Source of the DNA: Fistulifera solaris
Lineage: Eukaryota
Assembly: GCA_030295235.1 (NCBI GenBank)
Contig: AP026136.1
Coordinates: forward strand, 1,302,001-1,366,000
Reading direction: 5' to 3'
Length of the DNA: 64,000 nt
Shown: positions 60,511 through 64,000 of the stretch, piece by piece
Layout of the letters: every line of letters starts with the position of its first letter
Numbering within the stretch: position 1 is the first letter of the stretch
Notes under the pieces: generated by a model
Told to the model about the DNA's origin: nothing
The model's database searches: none
The model's input: the letters and a program-made list of their open reading frames with translations, nothing else
Position numbers and translations under genes: made by a program

Positions 60511-62350
60511 ATGACAGCAACGGCTGTAGCAGGACATAGCAATCATAATCATCATGGAGAATGCTGTCAGAATAAGCCAGCGCCGATTGTCTGGCAGCCA
60601 GCGCTGCATCTGCAAATATCTCCACAGGAACTCGTTACATCGTCGTCGAGCGAAGACATTCTCAGAGTCGTCTGGCAGCTGATTCGTTTCGGGACCTTTG
60701 CGCAACTCAAACAAATCATCGATGCGTGGTATCAACAGAAAGAAAAACAAGGTGAAACAGCGCCACAGGAAAGCGTTCATGCAATTGTACGCGAATGTCG
60801 TGATCCGGCAGGGCACACCCTTTACATTGGGCTACAAAACGATTCGATGACATTCAGTTCGTTCGGTTTTTGGTTCAAACAGTCAAATGTGAAAACTTAC
60901 CTGCAACAGACAGCACGCACATGACTCCGCTTCACTGGGCTAGCACGCTTCCGTGTATGATCAAGTGGCGGAGATGCTCGATATTTTCCTGCAACATTTT
61001 CCGAAACAGATAGAAGCAAAAGACTCTACCGGTTGCACCCCATTGTTAATTGCAGCGCCTTACGGACAAGTTGAAATTGTGGCGTATTTATTCTATAAAG
61101 GTGCGAGTTTGCAGGCTACGGATCATCATGGGGACTCGGCGGTGCACTGGGCAGCTTACAAAGGCAGTGATACGGTTTTGGGATTATTGGCCTACTTTGA
61201 TCAAACGCGACATTGGTGGACGTCACCTGACAACTACGGTCAAATGCCGCTTCATTTGGCGGCATTGCGTGGTCATGTGCGAACTTGCCGCTTCATCCTG
61301 AAGCAAAGTCGCCGATCCGTTCTTGTGCTTACAACACAGAGACACCAATCAACGAACACCGCTAGAACTTGCTAGACACAAAGAACAGGCCGCAGTTGTT
61401 GTCTTTTTGCATCGTGCACAAGTGCCTCGACATGTGTGGTTGCAACAGAAATCCATGAATTGGTGGGCTTCAAAAGCAAAGCAATGGCTGCAAACCTTCT
61501 TCTCAAGGCACGAATGGCAAATTTGGCTGGGATTGGCGCGGAGGCGATCAAGATGAATCGCCTCTCTTTCCATACTATTATGTCATGACGCACTGTATCC
61601 TCAACGTTCTGTTCTATTTTTCAGTTTTCATGCCGCTTTTTCACACGGAACGCGGGATTCTGTGGGATAGGATGGGGCGGACACATTGTCAATGCGCTTC
61701 TGATGGCTTCCTGCATCTACTTCTATTTTCGAACCACCCATACCGACCCGGGCAAGTTGACCAAGAGACATTCTCAAGTTCAGTATTGGCGTGACTTGTA
61801 TGGGAAGACACTGGAGAGCTTCATACAGCGAAAGCCAAGCGGCCACAATTGTGTCATTCCTGCCACATTCGCGGCCACCCGATCGAAACACGATCGCTAC
61901 ACCAACATCATGTGTCGAGGTGTTTGATCACCATTGCCCCTTTGTCGGTGCTAGCGTGGGTCTTTACAACTATCGATTCTTCTTTCTGTTTTGCCTGACA
62001 ATGATGCTATACTTTGTGGGATTCTGGATCATGTTACTGACTTGGTGGTTCCGTGTTGACAATCCGGCTATTTCTACCTTACTTTTAGGTTTGTTCTTGG
62101 GTGTACACGGAGGCTTTCCTGCGGGCATGATTGTGTATCATGTCCAACTAATTGCAGCAAATCTAACAACCAACGAACACATCGGTACTACCAAGTCACG
62201 ATTACTTGTGGCAAGTCAAAGATGGGATGAGAAAGTACAGCAATCCATGGAATAAGGGGTTTTGGGAAAATGTCTTGGCGACAGATTTAGTCCGAGTGCT
62301 TCTTCTTATCATGTGGATGCAGATCCAGAGAGCGCCCAGTTGTTGATAGC
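60511..62350 (+). pseudogene. Ankyrin-repeat DHHC palmitoyltransferase (AKR1/ZDHHC17-like), heavily frameshifted
   Basis: Ankyrins (MTPLHWA, GCTPLLIAA, GDSAVHWAAYKG, GQMPLHLAALRGH), 'TDPG', 'CVEVFDHHCPFVG..VGLYNYRFF' and 'NLTTNEH'. About 7-8 frame breaks; either a pseudogene or assembly error. Confidence 0.75.
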
Positions 62351-63397
62351 GGAGCAGATTGTCTAAGGTAACAAGCATAGCTTCGACAAGAACAGCCACT
62401 GTGACGATTGTTTTCATAAGTTCAGAGATAACAACAAAGCCCGCCAAAATAAATGTGCACATTTGCGCAAGCCATCCTTCTTGCGTCAATTCGAGGATCC
62501 GCAATATCTTGCGGTATCCAGCCATCACTTCTATATTCAATAAGGCGGGCTCTATCCAAGCGGTGAAACAGGCTCTGGCTTAAAGGGCATATTGTGTCAA
62601 AAAATTGTTTGGACCAAACCTCTCATGGGACACAAGTAGCTTTTCCACCTTCACAGAAGCTATTCCACATGACGAAACAAGCAACAACCAAAACACGAGC
62701 TAGGAATGCATCAACCTGTTAGATCGATAGTTCAAAAAGTGGATGATAGACTAAATAATAAAAGTGCCACTCGATTGTTTGATTGAAAGCAACATCTATT
62801 TTACACCACCTCCGAAGCGTAGTTTGAAGTGCATTTGATCTGTGAATATACTTCTCATTTTTGAATGAATAAATAATGCAATACTCCGTGTCACACCACC
62901 TCCATAAGGACACGCATTTTCCAGGCTTGAACTGCCATCGATTGGCATTTGCATATAGGGTTAAAGTTAGTATTAGGGTTAGAAATTTGGAAATTGGGAT
63001 ATGGAACTTGGAACCGCGGAAAAAAGAACTAGAACTAGGTGAAGTGGAATAAGGTAATTAGGAAAAGGTAAATAAGGAAGAAAGAAAAGAGTAAATCACT
63101 GGGAAAAGAGAAAAAAGGTGGAAAAATAGGGAAATAGAAAGATATTGGACATTTAGCACCAGTAAGACACATTATTGATGCACGGTCTGTCCTTTACACT
63201 CACCAACAGTTCGAAAATTTCTGCAGTCTGTCCTTCATACCCATGGCAATGGAACCATTGTAATTTGTAATGCAAGTTGGCTTGAAAAAATGCAATTGTA
63301 TGTCGGGAAAAATTGCCGTTCTCAGTTGGAAAAGGTGCACATATGAAACATTATGGGCATGAAGGGTTAAGAAGACTTCCATTTCTTTCAAGACATC

Positions 63398-63480
63398 TGA
63401 CTATTGCACACTTCCGACTATTGCTGGACTTCCAACATTTGCAAGACTTCAGACTATTGCACACTTCCGACTATTGCAAG
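63398..63480. repeat. Short ~17-bp tandem repeat (gactattgcacacttcc)
   Basis: About 5 imperfect copies directly upstream of the 7-mer array. Confidence 0.8.
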
Positions 63481-63485
63481 AGGGT

Positions 63486-64000
63486 GTGAGAAGTGAGATG
63501 TGAGATGTGAGATATGAGAAGTGAGAAGTGAGATGTGAGAAGTGAGAAGTGAGATGTGAGAAGTGAGATGTGAGAAGTGAGATGTGAGAAGTGAGAAGTG
63601 AGAAGTGAGAAGTGAGATGTGAGAAGTGTTAAGTGAGAAGTGAGAAGTGAGAAGTGAGAAGTGAGATGTGAGAAGTGAGATGTGAGAAGTGAGATGTGAG
63701 AAGTGAGATGTGAGAAGTGAGATGTGAGATGTGAGAAGTGAGAAGTGAGATGTGAGAAGTGAGATGTGAGAAGTGAGAAGTGAGATGTGAGAAGTGAGAA
63801 GTGAGAAGTGAGATGTGAGATGTGAGATGTGAGAAGTGAAAAGTGAGATATGAGAAGTGAGAAGTGAGAAGTAAGATGTGAGATGTGAGAAGTGAGAAGT
63901 GAGAAGTGAGATGTGAGATGTGAGAAGTGAGAAGTGAGAAGTGAGATGTGAGAAGTGAGAAGTGAGAAGTGAGAAGTGAGAAGTGAGATGTGAGAAGTGA
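63486..64000. repeat. 7-bp tandem array GTGAGA(A/T) running off the window end
   Basis: About 73 units, with two interspersed variants GTGAGAA and GTGAGAT. Confidence 0.98.

Noticed and set aside
60068..60625. 185-aa minus-strand ORF
   Set aside because: GTG start, overlaps the 5' end of the DHHC gene on the opposite strand, and has no recognisable motifs.

Overview
Gene-dense eukaryotic nuclear DNA (~45% GC, short GT-AG introns). The gene families (diatom-type 'GNLPLH..AYPE' ankyrin repeats, an RVxF...WY...RGLE family member, an AA15-like LPMO, an 'xAF'-type signal) point to a diatom, probably pennate; this is inference. Contents: a degraded left end (beta-helix and MFS pseudogenes, a satellite, a ~380-bp direct repeat), a CAMK/CDPK-like kinase, CDC45, an F-box/ApaG protein, an ABCC transporter, a RING protein, a CTL-family transporter, a TLC/NTT-like transporter, an IQ-repeat (ASPM-like) protein, a TPR-sulfotransferase, a Nup188/205-like gene, a type-I membrane protein, an LPMO, an ankyrin-DHHC acyltransferase and a terminal 7-bp satellite. 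Many genes carry single-base frameshifts at homopolymers, most likely assembly errors. The standout is a head-to-head pair of paralogous ankyrin + CbbX/SpoVK-type AAA+ genes (13066-14988 minus, 15636-17462 plus) with reciprocal catalytic defects. One keeps Walker A/B but has Cys at the arginine-finger position; the other has degenerate Walker A/B but keeps the arginine finger. This suggests an obligate heteromeric, co-regulated cytosolic AAA+ machine. All family assignments come from motif recognition by eye; no searches were run.
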